NCBI GenBank assembly: GCA_965113315.1
Contig: OZ220371.1
From: Podarcis vaucheri
Taxonomy: Eukaryota
Strand: one strand, 5' to 3'
DNA: 64,000 bases
Shown here: in pieces, positions 48,185 to 62,172 of the stretch
How the letters are laid out: every line of letters begins with the position of its first letter
How positions within the stretch are numbered: position 1 is the first letter of the stretch
Position numbers and translations under genes: made by a program
The notes under the pieces: generated by a model
What the model was told of the DNA's origin: nothing
The model's database searches: none
Seen by the model: the letters and a program-made list of their open reading frames with translations, nothing else

Positions 48185-48425
48185 CAGTGGAACCTTGGTT
48201 GTCAAATGTAATCCATTCTGGAAGACCATTCAACTTCTGAAATGTCCAACAATCAAGGTGCAAAGGACTGTTGGCAATTTCCATTGAGGGAATGGAAAAG
48301 CACACGGCGGAAGCCGTTTGACTTCTGAGGCGCGTTCAAAAATGGAAGCAATTACCTCCAGGTTTTCAGTGTTCAGGTTCCAAAATGTTCTGCTTCCGAG
48401 ACACTAGAAAACCGAGGTTCCACTG
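48185..48425. mobile_element. Tc1/mariner MITE, family B-related
   Basis: TA-CAGTGGAACCTTGGTT...AACCGAGGTTCCACTG-TA. Confidence 0.85.
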
Positions 48426-50093
48426 TATTATTTTGGCAACGGCACATGTGGATATTGGCATTTAGTGGTTGTTTTGATCATGGCCATAGAAAGAGGGGGG
48501 GGCGGGAAGATGCATCAATTAAGGGTCCTTCCTCTAAGAATGTTAATGTTTACTCAGGAGCTGGTGGACAGAGTTCTATGAAACTCAAAACTCATTAAAC
48601 GAACTCTTTTAAATGTAACTGGTCAAGCAGAAGCGATCACCTAAACTGTTTTACAATTTATTTAACTTCTTTGGACAGACACACTCTTTTTACTGAATAC
48701 TAATTCCAGCTAGATAGCAATGTATTGCTTTTTCTAATGCTTAAATTGGCATGAACAGAACACCAGCCACTGTATAAACTATGGCATGTTGCTTTGTGGG
48801 GAGAGTTGGAATACCGCTTTTCCTGCTTAGTAACCACCAAGATTTGATTTTATTCCACTGTAAATTAATCCATCCATTTGTTTGGTGGCACTGCAAAAAA
48901 ACCTCCATTGTACTTTAGAGCCTGTAAATTCTTATATCTGAAAACAACCAAACATATTAGCGTTACCCTTGGTGATGTACAAAAGGTAGAGAAAACTCAA
49001 ATGGATTTTTGAGGGGGGGCCCGGGGCTGTAAAATAAGACTTTGACATTCCCATACACTAAATAAGCACATAAGCACTACAATGATATGAATTTCTTGGC
49101 CTGAAACGGTGTTATATTTCAAGGGGATTAGAGTTTTCACCTCCTGGGTAGCTGCAGGAAAACGGTAAAATAAACCCTTTTGAGACATATGGAGATTTGA
49201 ACACAATCAATACTGACAGGTTTCACATCTACAAATTTATAGCTTGATCCACAACATTGTTAAGCTTGAATACTAGAATATGAACCCATTTTTGTTCCAT
49301 TGGCTTCAAGTTCAACTTAAATCCAAGTATTTGGCCATAAGTGAGTCATGGATGTAGCTGTCTATAAAGTGGAAATGAAAAGCACTTCATTTTATTCAGT
49401 CCCAAACTCAAGTGTACCAGCAGGCAGCCCTGAAGACAAGGAGCTGTTGTCTCTGGGCTACTGACTACACCTCTCCTCCCTTCAGCAATACACATTGCTA
49501 TCATTCACACTCTTAAGTGTTAATTTCCTCTCATTTAATTGCCTGCCCAGCAAATTAGCACTCTGAGTCTCTCTGGTGATGTTGCTACCTGGAAATGTGC
49601 AGTTAAGGCTTCTCCAGGAAATGTGTTGCCTTAGATCAACTGTGCCGTTTACACTTTGTGCAAAACAGGATCATGTTCTGGAGATTTGTAAAAATTAAGA
49701 GAGGGGAGTCATGGGGGGCGGGGAGAGAGAGGAGGAGAGAGGACAGTGTGTTCCAATAACAGAACAAAATACTTGCACATATAAAGATCACTGCTGGATA
49801 AAAAGATTTAGGAGTCTCAAGCTTCCAAAGGTGGTTTCAGGGCGATCGTCAAGGGTTGGTACTGTTGGGGACCTGCCAAGCCCCTTTGGCCTCACGATTC
49901 CTCTTTCTTTGCTCTCGTGATCTGCTCAAGGGGGAGGGCAAAGGAATAGGCAACATTGGCAGCAGCAGGTCCAGTAGAGTGGACTGGGGGTGGGCAGGAA
50001 TAAGCCTCAAGCTCAAAGGGAACACTTACTAATTTTTTTGGCATTTGATGACTTCCACAAATTGTTTCTTTGCAATTAGACCAAAATTTGACA

Positions 50094-50237
50094 NNNNNNN
50101 NNNNNNNNNNNNNNNNNNNNNNNNNNNNNNNNNNNNNNNNNNNNNNNNNNNNNNNNNNNNNNNNNNNNNNNNNNNNNNNNNNNNNNNNNNNNNNNNNNNN
50201 NNNNNNNNNNNNNNNNNNNNNNNNNNNNNNNNNNNNN
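50094..50237. other. Assembly gap (144 N)
   Basis: Run of N. Confidence 1.
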
Positions 50238-50961
50238 TTAGTGCCTTATCCCCCACACATGCTCTGTTTTTTTTTATTATTATGACTAGAGCTGGAAGTG
50301 GCCCAGGTTTCTCTGGACATTGTGAGATGGCCTGGGCAGCAGTGAAGAGGAGGTGTGCCAAGTCAAGGAAGGGACTCACTGAGAGCATCTTGACTCAGGC
50401 CAGCACCCCTCCCCTCCTGCAAACAACAAACAAACAAACAAGCAAACAGAGCCAGTATTGGTGTGGTGGATGCAGTGAATGAAGAGTCTGAGTCTATCTT
50501 TATTGTGCTTTATGCTGTCTTTCCATGGTGAGCTGTGTCCAAAGTGGTCATCCAGTTGGGAGGTGGAAACCAGCTTACAAATCATATATCCACAAATTCA
50601 AGTAGGACAAAATGTACAATTCCACAAACATAGAATAAATTCTATGTTATGCAGAAATAATCTAGCTCAGAACAAACTGAAAGTTAACAGACAATAGATA
50701 AATACATAAATGCAGTTTGGACAGGAATGGGATACTTCTCACCAAAATAGCTGATTTGCAGCTGGCTCCCTCACCTCCAGAGGAAGCTGCCATTGCAAAG
50801 GGCAATGATGGTGAATTCTCTTCCTCAGCCTCCTGGATGTGCCAGTTATGAGTGCTGATCAGATTGGGACACAAGAGAACTTAATTGCATAGCCTATTCT
50901 CTGTATGTAGAGAGACTTGCTGGAAGCCGGCAACCCACTTCAGATGGGCTGCATGTAAGTA

Positions 50962-51294
50962 CAGTGGTGCCTTGCAAGACGAAAAGAATCCGTTCTGTGA
51001 TTATCTTCGTCTAGCGGTTTTTTCGTCTTGCGAAGCAAGCCCATTGAAGGATTAGTGGATTAGCGCTATTAGCGGCTTTTAGAGGCTTTTAGCGGCTTAT
51101 CTGCTGATCGGATTAGCTGATAAGCGGCTTAGAAAAAGGGGGGAGGGGAAAAAAACAGCAGGAACTCGCAAGACATCGTCGTCTTGCGAAGCAAGCCCAT
51201 AGGAAATTCGTTTTGCGAAGCACCTCCAAAACGGAAAACTTTCGTCTAGCGAGTTTTCTGTCTTGCGAGGCATTCGTCTTGTGGGGCACCACTG
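50962..51294. mobile_element. Tc1/mariner MITE, family C
   Basis: TA-CAGTGGTGCCTTGCAAGACGAA...TTCGTCTTGTGGGGCACCACTG; internal TCGTCTTGCG repeats. Confidence 0.85.

Positions 51295-51295
<1 letters not shown>

Positions 51296-51347
<52 letters not shown>
51296..51347. repeat. (TTA)n microsatellite
   Basis: Seen directly. Confidence 0.95.
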
Positions 51348-51649
51348 GAGATCCTCTGAAGTAGATTAAGCCTACCAAATTGCAGACAAGTAAGTCCATG
51401 GATCTTTTTGTGAGGGAATAAAAGGGATTCCCTTTCCTCCATTATCCTTTATCCTAAGAGAGGGGCTGGGATTTTTCTTATGTTAAACTGAGGCGGCTGA
51501 CTAGTGTGTATTTTTGCTTGTCCTGTTTAAAAACTTTGCAGCTTCACACTACCCTCTCTTTCTGATGATTGTGTTCTCCAGTAGGCTTCCTGATAGGCCT
51601 TCATAGGACCTCATAGCCCTTATAATGTGAGGGTATTTAGAACACTTAT

Positions 51650-52013
51650 GGGACGCGGGTGGCGCTGTGGGTTAAAGCCTCAGCGCCTAGGGCTTGCCGA
51701 TCGAAAGGTCGGCAGTTCGAATCCCCGCGGCGGGGTGCGCTCCCGCTGCTCGGTCCCAGCGCCTGCCAACCTAGCAGTTCGAAAGCACCCCCGGGTGCAA
51801 GTAGATAAATAGGTACCGCTTACCAGCGGGAAGGTAAACGGCGTTCCGTGTGCTGTGCTGGCTTGCCAGATGCAGCTTTGTCACGCTGGCCACGTGACCC
51901 GGAAGTGTCTCCGGACAGCGCTGGCCCCCGGCCTCTTGAGTGAGATGGGCGCACAAACCCCAGAGTCTGTCAAGACTGGCCCGTTCGGGAAGGGGTACCT
52001 TTACCTTTACCTT
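51650..52013 (+). mobile_element. Young full-length Sauria SINE
   Basis: CpG-rich; GGGACGCGGGTGGCGCTGTGG start, B box GTTCGAATCC, (ACCTTT)n tail, 13-bp TSD TATTTAGAACACT (51634-51646, 52014-52026). Confidence 0.95.
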
Positions 52014-53126
52014 TATTTAGAACACTACCTGCTGAGCTTTGGGTGTTTTTTGTTGCTGTTAAAGCTGAGCAACATAGGCTTGTTTTTTTAACTTAATTAG
52101 GTGTTTATCTTTAAAAACAAAGCTGCGCTTTAAAAACAACAATCCAGAGCTCTTCAGTACTCCATAGACAATATTTTTGACAGCCTCATTTCTTGTAGAA
52201 CCCATGGATCTAGAGAAACATGGAGATATTATAAAGGGGAAAACAGACCTGTATCAATACAGAAAAGTGAGCAATAACACTCTGTAGTTTTGAGAGGCAG
52301 GTTTATTGACATCCCCAAATCCCCTTGATACTTAGACACCACACATTGCTGATGCACAGCCTATTAGAATTTTTCAATGGAATCCCTGATCTGGACCCTC
52401 TGTAGAAATAAATGAGCTTCCACCCCAAGAATGAGTTTCCAAGCTTTACTGTAGAACAGTCTTAAATACTAGTTACAAAAGATATGGGTTTCAGGAAAAA
52501 AATACAAAGTAACACATTACACTCAAGTAGCAGGCAATGCTGTTCAGTCAGTCCTTTGTGCAGTTCAGTAAACTTTCCTCTCTCTGATCCAAGAGAGACA
52601 TCCCAAGCTTGTTCATCACTGCAGAGCTTAGTTTCACCTGCCACTGCTACTGCTAGCCCTCACTGACTGCTCAGGTTTCCCCTCCTGCTGTGAAAAACAC
52701 CAGCCTTCTGCTTTCACCTAGAGTGGAACCTCTTGCTTAAGATAAATTTATCTGCCTTGCAAATGCAGAAAGGGGAGGGGGCTTTTACAGAAGTTTTAAC
52801 GTCAATGCATTATAGTTTATGCATATTCAATTTAAAACTTTAGCATACTCTGCATATTGTATATTGCATATTTCCCCATGAAAAAGAGAAGGGCAGAAAA
52901 CCAGAGAGGGTAAGTAGAACTGCTGAAGTTTATGGAACATTTGCAGTTAGATCATATTGTGCCACACATGAAACAGGGAATGAGAAAAGAAGAAAGAGGG
53001 TGTTGTGCATTACAACATGAAATCTGGCTCTCTTGCTGCTGGCTTGGCCTAAAGGAGAAGTTGGGTCTGATAAACACAGGCATTTTGCTTGCTCTTTCAT
53101 TCAAAGGTGGGAATATAATTTTTATA

Positions 53127-53367
53127 CAGTAGTACCTCGGGTTACATACGCTTCAGGTTACATACGCTTCAGGTTACAGACTCTGCTGACCCAGAAATAG
53201 TACCTCGGGTTAAGAACGTTGCTTCAGGATGAGAACAGAAATCGTGCTCCGGCGGCACAGCAGCACGGGAGGCCCCATTAGCTAAAGTGGTGCTTCAGGT
53301 TAAGAACAGTTTCAGGTTAAGAACGGACCTCCGGAATGAATTAAGTACTTAACCCGAGGTACCACTG
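53127..53367. mobile_element. Tc1/mariner MITE, family A
   Basis: TA-CAGTAGTACCTCGGGTTA...TAACCCGAGGTACCACTG-TA. Confidence 0.92.
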
Positions 53368-54904
53368 TATAAATAAAATACAATGCACAAATCCTGGAAA
53401 TGTATGGCTACCACTGATTTTAAAAACAGCAATATGGTATCATCTGCCTTATGCTTAGTCCTTCCTCCAGTTGTCTTTTTGACACCAGTGGGACAAAATC
53501 AGCCTTGAGCCAAGCACCCACACTTGACAGGCCGTGGAGCAGGGTGCATGTGTGCAAAGAGGCCTTCTTTCCCCCCCTGCTCCCTACAAAGCCCCATTTC
53601 TTCATTAGCTCCCTTGCCAGCTGGCTGCCCTCCAAGATTCAGCAGAAGCAACTTAGTCCTAACGCTGTTCTAGGCACAGCTGCAGTGGGATTCATCTTGT
53701 CAGCACTCATGAAAGAACGAAGTGAACTGAGATGACAATTTAACAATATTGTGCCGTCAACCATTTGGTGCCTTCCAACCTAGGCTGGCACAATTTTTAA
53801 CAGCTATAATTCACATGCTTAGACTTTGCACGGGTGATAGAATCGGGAGTGTTTCCAGGTGAAATAATTGTAACTAGTGCTATCTTTACATTTGACTTTT
53901 CCACTTTCATGTATGTAATGCAGATTCCAAGTCCTGATAGAAGGGGAGTACACTACTCTAGCTCTGTGCTATAGTAGCCCCTTTCCTCTGCTACCTTTAG
54001 CTGGTACATTTTAATTTTCTGAAGGAGCCAGAAGATTGAAACCTTCTCCCAGCCCATCCTGCATACAAGGCAGATGCTGGGAAGCCAAGGGAAGTAATTA
54101 TGCCCCTTCCGTTCACCATATTGACCCTGCTTAGCATTAACTTTTATGTGTAATTAATGCTTGTAGATCAGTCAGGCTCAAGTTTTGAAGTGAAATTTTA
54201 TCTGATTGCAGGCATTACTAATGCTAACCTGATCCTTATCTGTTGAAAGAAAAAAAGCAGCTCTTAACAGGCATGCACAGCCCTTTTTACGACTGCACAT
54301 ACCTTACTGGAAATTACAAAAAGGCCCATTGTGCGAAATAGATACTAAATGGACATTTGAAGTTACAAGGACATATTTGCACTTTCAGTTAGTCCGATCG
54401 GTGCATTCTGTTAAATTGCACTTTGTTCGAAAAAGTCTATAAAGATAAATGTTTGACTACAATATTTGAAAACACTTTTCCTATCTAGGTCTTTATCCTT
54501 TGGCCCAGAAAACATCTCAGTGATGAAAATATTCTGGAAGAGAGATTGTATCTTGATGCAACCATTGCTAAACATTTCAATGCCTAGCGGTGCCAAATCT
54601 TTCACAATCTGTAGTGTTTTAGCACCCCCCTCCCTCGAACACAAGTATCATCTTTGTTCATAATGCCGTATTCTGTCTTTAGTCCAAGATGTTAAGCCAC
54701 TTGAAAAAAAGAAAGAAAGAAAAACTCACTTCCAGGAAGTTTGAACTGGCTGCTTTCCCAAAGGATTGCAGGAGAGTGCCAACATTTCCCATTCTGCTAA
54801 CTCAAAATGTGCCAGTGTTCAAGTTTAAAAACAAATGTAAAGCAGGAACTTTTTAATATATGTGCCAAAGGGGGAGTTAGTTGAGCAGTTAATGCCCATT
54901 ATGA

Positions 54905-55545
54905 CAGGCCATTGTGCACGTTTACCAGGCCTTATGAAAGATGTGCACATCGTCCATCCATGAATAGGAAAGTATTCACATTTCCCAGACAATATACAAA
55001 ATCCCCAACAGGCCTTGAGCAGTGTACATATATTGATTCATTTTTGCACATTCTCTGGTCATTATGTATAACCTCGACAGGCCTAGAGGAATGTGCATTT
55101 ATTGGCTGAATTTTGTACATTCTCTGGCTTTTATGTGTAATCTCCATTCGGCTTTGCAAATGTGCATATCTTTGATTGTATTTTGTACACTCTCTGGGCA
55201 ATATGCAAATTCTCCAGTTAGTGTTTACAGTCTTCAGGAAGCATTGAATTCTGTCCATATATCAGTAATGTTTTGTACATTCTCTGAGAAATATACATCA
55301 TCTCAATGAAACTGAGAAATGTGAATACTTCAACATAATCTGTGCATAATTTTCCTTCACCTATGCAATAAGAATACTCTCCAAAAAGCAGCAATATATG
55401 AAAGAATTTTGTATAATTTCTTCTGCAAATGATGTTGGCAAATGTTCATATATAACTAGTAACTGGATGGATAGATTATGTGCACATTCTCCATGAGGTC
55501 TGAAGAATGTGCACAATGGGCAGTCATTATGCACATTAACTGCTC
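54905..55545. repeat. Degenerate array of (T)GTGCACATTCTC / GAATGTGCA units, unclassified
   Basis: Recurrent TTTGTACATTCTCT and GAATGTGCA motifs at roughly 40-80 bp spacing. Confidence 0.45.
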
Positions 55546-57559
55546 AACTTACATGCCCCTTGACATATATCTAGTATGTCTGGAGGTGCATTTATCACTC
55601 AGTTCTATTAATTGTCCTGAACTGTTGAATCTGCTAGAGACATGAATACTTCCTTGAGATTATTACTACACCAATAATTTCAGATTTTTATTTTACTTTC
55701 CCTTTTTTAGGTACAGAACTGGGGGAACAGTTAGAAGTCTGTTATATTCATAACACTATAAAATGAATGTGAATTCCATTGCCTATTTAAGAGCAGACCA
55801 CCCACATTTCTTACTCTTTAAGCAAATGTTTTCTGACAGTTGGGCACCATTCCAGGAAGGTGAGGACCATTCCCTCCTTGCTCTGTCCTCCCCTTACTGC
55901 ATTTCATGGGCAAAGTAGAAAAGACACCATTTACCCAATTACTAATGGTGTCACTCCTTATTTGTGTCAGTTTCTGAAAGACACCTCTAATAGGGAAGGG
56001 GAACCTGTGTCCCTCCAGATCACCCCTAAAAGTAGCCCAATGTGGACCAAACATGGTCTATGGGGATGGGAGATTAATTGATTGTGATGGGAGGGATTGG
56101 GGATGGAACAGAATGGCTGGAATCCTGAAAAGGGAGCACTCTGCACTGCAATATTTAGTTGTAGGTCCAACTTCTTTATTACTATCTCTTTTCTCTGTAA
56201 GACTGTTAGTATAACATGTCTCAATAATTTAGATTACTGCATGACTCATTTCTTTATGCTCAATTAATACTGTGAGGGGTGTCAGGCTGAAAGATACTGA
56301 TTTGGTCAAAGTCTTTTAGCCGCATTCATTCCTTGTCAGGGTTTCATGTCAACCTCTGTGACATATTGGCTCCTAGTCAAAGCCCTAACCTACAACTGGT
56401 GTTCAATCTCACCTTTTTATATTAGAGAAAACATTCCGGGTTAATGTAAAAATCATATATGTTTAGTGCATCAGCACTAGAGAAAGTGCTGGTGGCAGCA
56501 GAGGTGGTGCTTCCATAAACTGTGCTGCTTCGCTCTGGAAATTTTCTCGTTTCACTAGAGAGAGTATGTGTTGAAAAGACTTTGATTAGATTCTTTAGAT
56601 CACATCATACAATTGAATTTGGCTGTTATCAATGTTTCCACATTTCCCACAAGTCTGAGTTGCTCTACAATAAATGATCTAAACAGCAGATGTCCTAATA
56701 AGTTATTTCACAACACTGTGTTGTTGCAAACAAAGTGGTCAAAAGTTATTGTGGAAGGCTTAGCTTACAAAGAAAGAAGGTGGTCACCATTTGGATGTAG
56801 GCCTAGTGAGAAAGGGCAGGTGAGGTGACAGATCTGTCTGGTTAGCATCACTTTGAAATGCAAGTGGAGTCTCACTTGCATGATCCTCTACACTAAACAA
56901 GCCTACACAGGAACAGCTCCATGTTTAAGAAATGTCTTCTGGTGAACCTGGGTGACTGCCTGGTGATGGAGTTGGGCAGAGGCAGCACTCCAAGCAAGGT
57001 AACTGCTTCTACTGCCATTTTAAGATATGGAGCCTTTGTGTACATAATTCTCAGTACAAAGAGAGATGCACACACAAAAGCTCACTTCTGCACACACATC
57101 ACCCTAACTAGACTGGGACATACTGACTCCAAGCTTGTTGATTTATGCAGCTACAATGTGTCTCCAGCTGAGCAAGGTCTATGACAGTCTACTAGCGATT
57201 GAGAAGGTTACACTACAAAGTGCAAATCAAAGTAAATTATATAAATTATATGCTACATCGCACAAAGCTAAAGCTCTACTCCTAAAGCTGGCATTATGAG
57301 CTTTTGTATATAACAGTGTATCTAAAAATACCAGCTGGAATCTCACCTGATCATTTCCCACCCCCAGAAACAGCTATTTGGAAACTTTTTGTGTATAAAA
57401 GGTTTTCTAAAAAATCACAGCATAGCTCTTAATCACAGCATAGCCCTAACAAGCCTCACAATTTTCAAAGTTCATATAATGTGTGTTGGTAATGTCATGC
57501 AACACATTCTCTCAATTCTTCTAAAATCACATTCTGGAATGTATACCGCAGATCAGAAA

Positions 57560-58860
57560 GGTACTACCGGGGCCAAGAGGATGCCTATATAGTTATGAGC
57601 ACAGTCAGAGAAGCTGTTAGAGGCAAGAAGGCATCCTTTAGAAAATGGAAGTCTTGTTCAAATGAGGAGAACAAAGAGGACACAAACTTTGGCAAAAGAA
57701 ATTTAAGCAGACAATGAGGGATGCTAAAAAGGAATTTGAGGAGCATGTGAAGACCAACAACATAAACAAGCTAACATAAAGTAAATTGTAAAGATCAACA
57801 AAACATGTTTTAAATACACTAGTAGAGCAGCTAGGGAGGTATTTGGACCTTTGAATGACAAGAGATTAAAAGGTGTGCTCAAGGATAATAATAAGGTTGT
57901 AGAGAAGCAGAATTCATTATTTGCATCTGTCTTCACAGTGAAAGATATACAGAAGATACCTATTCCTGAACTAACTTTTGCAGGAAGGGAGTCTGAGGAA
58001 CTGTGACAAGAGGCAAAGTCCTAGGCCTTATTGACAAAATAGAAACTGACAAATTGACATTTCTGAATAGCATCTACCCAAGAGTTCTGAAAGAACTCAA
58101 ATGTGGAATTTCTGGTCTTCTAACAAAAATCTGTCACTTTGTCCCTTAGGTCAGCCCCCATACCTGAGGACTGGAAAGTGGCCAATGGTAACACCAGGGG
58201 GAATCATTGAAAATACAGGCTAGTTAGCTTAATGTCTGTACTGGAAGAACCAGTGAAAAGTATTGTTAAAGATAAAATAGCCATGCGTATAGAAGACCCA
58301 GTCTGACGGAAGCAGAACCGACAAGGCTTTTGCAAGGGAAAGTCCTGTCTCCCTAACCGATTAGAGTTATTTGAGAGCGTCAACAAGCATATAGACAAGA
58401 GGTGATCCTGTTGACATTGTGTACTTAGATGTCAGCACAGTGTGTGACAGCTGCAAAAAAAAGCAAGGATGGAACAACTCCCCTATGAGGAAAGAGTGCA
58501 TTTCAGGCTTTTTAGTTCAGAGAAAATGTGAGTTCAGGGAGGGTTGTTAAAGGTGTATAAAATTATACATGGTGTTGGAGAAAATGGATATATTTTCTTC
58601 CTCTCTCAGGAATGTCCATTGAAACTGAATGTAATTTTGAATGTACTTTGAAAAGTACCTACGGTACTTTTTCACTATCAAATTTGCTTCCACAAATGAT
58701 AGTGATGGCCGCAGACATGGATGTTTTTAAAAGATGATTTGAAAAATCCATGGAGGACAAGGCAGTATGCCTCCGAATACCAGTTGTTGGGAATCACAAA
58801 TGGGTGAAGTGCTCTTGTGCTCAGATCCTGTTTTTAGGGTTTCCCACAGGCCTCTAGCTG
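57560..58860 (+). mobile_element. Old CR1 LINE ORF2 remnant with internal deletions
   Basis: PEDWKVAN, YRLVSLMSV, QGFCKGKSC and DPVDIVYLD motifs readable across frameshifts. Confidence 0.8.
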
Positions 58861-61800
58861 ATACTGGAGATTGGCTACTGGAGGCTTTGTTTTGAAACCC
58901 ACCTCAGCAGCTTACATCAAAGTCTTTGCCTGGACTGTACAGCAGAATCAGGTGACTTGCTTCAGGCAGCACCATGAGAGGGTAATAGATAAGGCAGAAA
59001 TTGGTGCCTGAATGAGCAAGCAAGCCTTTTTGAAGTGTTTGCCCTAGTCAGGGAGAGAGAGATTTGAACTGTACTTCAGGCAACAAAATGCCTTTGGCCA
59101 GCACTGGCTGGAGCCAGGGAATTGCTTCCCCCTCCCCAATTATTCTTTTATTAGTATAAGGAGCCCAAAATCACATGACATTTTTATATTGCTTAGGGAC
59201 CTGAGTTAAAAAATGGCTATGTCCCATGTTGCTCATTGGCCTGCAGACTCCATCCTTTCACACCAAATGTCCCGTTAAGTGTTCTTACTTAAGCTAAAGT
59301 GTGCTCTGGAAGAGAAGCATCTATTTTTAGGGCTGACCCAGGTCAACCAGCTGAGCTCTCTTTGTTTTTTTATTTCTCCATGCAGCCACTACGCCAACCC
59401 AGATAAATGGGACCTGTTATAATGGTTCTATTTTTGGTTTTATGTGTTGACCTAGGGTGTTAATCCAGTCCAAGAGCCCGCTATAAAGGAAAGAAGACAG
59501 CATAATTGTTACTGCAGCCTTGGTGGTTAGCACACACTCTTTTCTTGACAGTGTGGACACAGAAAATCAAAGGCAGCAGGAAAAGGCCCTGTCATTTGAA
59601 AAGGATGGTTCTGGAGAGGCTTCTGCTACAGCCGGAATCTCACAAGTCTTCCCTTCCGCAGCTAAGCCCTTCTTCTTTTTCAGTAAGTCACAGGGGAGGG
59701 TTCAGTTGCTAAATCCAAATTAAACTGTTCTTGTTTCTTTTCGCAAATAGTGGTCAGCAACTGGGAAGTGGCAGATCTTCCCCATTTCCTTCAGTATCCT
59801 TGACTCATTCATCCTGTCTGAGCTAATGTTAGTGCTCTGATTGCAGTGTGTCTGGTGCTTTGTAGACACTCATCAAGAGCCAGAACTAGGCCAGAAGGAT
59901 CACTCCTACTCATGAGGAAATGCAGCTCTGCTCTCTTGTATGACTGGCTTTTTGCAGCCTGCCTCTGCCAGTGCCATCCGAGGGCTACCATTTTGACCTC
60001 AGCTACATAGTTATCCCTGGAATCAGGAGGGGCCAATTCACATGACCATAGGGGAAGAGATAAACATCATTTGACATCTATATATGTTAGCCAGTACAAA
60101 TTATGAAAGTTGTCTGCGCAAATAGTCAGAGATTATAGGAAGTTAGTGTAGTGGTTAAGAGCACCAACCAGGACTTCTTCCATTCAAATTTCACTTCAGT
60201 AATGAATTCGCCAGAGCCCCATTCAGAAAACAATCATATAGATGGGTCATTGGCTTGATCCAGCAAGTTCTTCTTATGTTCTTACAAATCAATGCAAAGA
60301 GTACAAGACTGAATATTGATTGGATTTTGTGAACAGATCCTATGTTAATATAAACTTTTTTGGTGTAAACACAGCTCATCAGACCTGATCAGTGTGCAAA
60401 GGTCAAGAGGTGAGACCAGTGGGTCCAATCCTACCTCTCCATTTTACACATAATTGTTGTCTGAGCAGGACTTTAGTCCCTTTTCTTGACAAAGTCACTG
60501 TCTCCCAGCTTCAGCTTACCCTATTCTGGGTGGGGAACCTGCAGCCATCCAATTTCCATCACCATGAGCCATCATGATGTCACCATGAGTCAGGGATTAT
60601 GGGATTTGTTGACTACAACATCTGAAGACCATTCATGATTTCTTTCAGGGATGGGCAGACTTCAAGCTTGTAATATCTACTTAACTCTAGTGCACTCCAG
60701 TCACTGGTTTGGGAAGAGATGTACACATGATGTAAGCTACAAGCCAAATCTATCCTGTGTGTGTCCTGTTGTTTCTTATAAAATTTGGGGGGTGCTTTTT
60801 ATGTCCAAACACCACTAACTAGTTTCAATCCAGATTCAGGAAAAGAATGACCTAGCAATGTTTTAAGCTAGTAATGAGCTCTGTCAACTGAAAATAGATA
60901 CAAAATGGTGGTCAGATTGGTGGGAGTGTGGTGGAAGAAAACAAGTAGCACATTGCCTCTGGGCAGGTGCAGAGCCCAGAAATGTGATTTCAATGACAGA
61001 AGCAAGCTCCTAATCCTGTCACCCCAAAATCTATTCCTTGTTTTCCCCCACTCCAGCAGCCTAAAGTGCAGGGCAAGATGCTTTGTGGCTGTTGTGTTGC
61101 TAAACAACTGGGGATAAGATAAGTGCTTGGAGATCTATTGCAAGTCATCTAGAAATCTACCAATAGATCTCCTTGTCAGCCTACCCCTGACCAAATATTA
61201 GAAGTTGTTTATTGAGATAACATAAGGGAGATGCTAGGATATGAAGCAGAGATTTTACTTGTGCAGAGAACAGAAAAGCTTTACTTCTGCAGGGTTGTAC
61301 GGGAAGAACTGATATGGGCTACTGCTGGATTGAATATATGGAATTAACTTTTCAAAAAGTTATTTTACAGCACCAGGTAATTTGCCAGTGATTGCAATGA
61401 TGTTGAGATAATAGGATTGTTGCTTTGTGGTGTCAGCAAACAATCATGTCACAAGAGAGGTAGAAGAGACTCTGGGAAATTAAAAGGACATAAGTTCTTC
61501 CAGGAGATAATAGCATACCCATCCTATTATCTTTATTAAACTCTCTTATTAACTCCATTGCATGCAGTGCCCCAAATGAGAAATGCATAATAGACCATCC
61601 ATCTGCTGCTCATTTCTTCCACACAGACTTCCGTTTCCTAGTTTAGTACAGAAATTTCCCTCTAGGTCTGTCCTCATTTTAAAGGCATTCTGGATTTTGC
61701 AAGAGAGGATTCACAGTATGTGTGAAACTGGCATTGAGGAACAACATGATAGTTCCCAAAAGGTAGGCCAGAATGCCTCTGAGAGTGCCATTATCGTCTG

Positions 61801-62172
61801 CTGAGTTAAAGGGATGTTTGTTGATTGGGGGATAATGTGGCAAAGGGGTGTTTAGGGAAGGTAATATTCTGTCACTGGCTATTATGGCCCAGACAACCTC
61901 CCATCACAGGGTCCCTGTTGTAAATGCTTGTAAGCACTGGAGCAATGTGTGGATTCCTTTTATTCATAACAACTTAAAATGAAGGTTTATGCTTGCTGTC
62001 AGTGAATCATTGCCAGGGCTTGGCAAGGCTCAGAGGCAGGCTGCTGGGGTGTAAGGGGCTAGAGGCAGGTGGCACAGTCAAAGACAGGCCAGGAGTCAGG
62101 CTTCTGTTTGAGCAGATGAGGAGGGAGAGGTGAGGCTATGAAAAACTGGTTGGTTTTCTATTTGGTTAAAAG

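Noticed and set aside
50029-50482. ORFs spanning poly-X
   Set aside because: Artefacts of the N gap
50962-51294. Regularly recurring TCGTCTTGCG motifs suggesting a CRISPR-like array
   Set aside because: Inside TA-flanked TIRs, irregular spacing, eukaryotic context, no cas genes; these are MITE subterminal repeats
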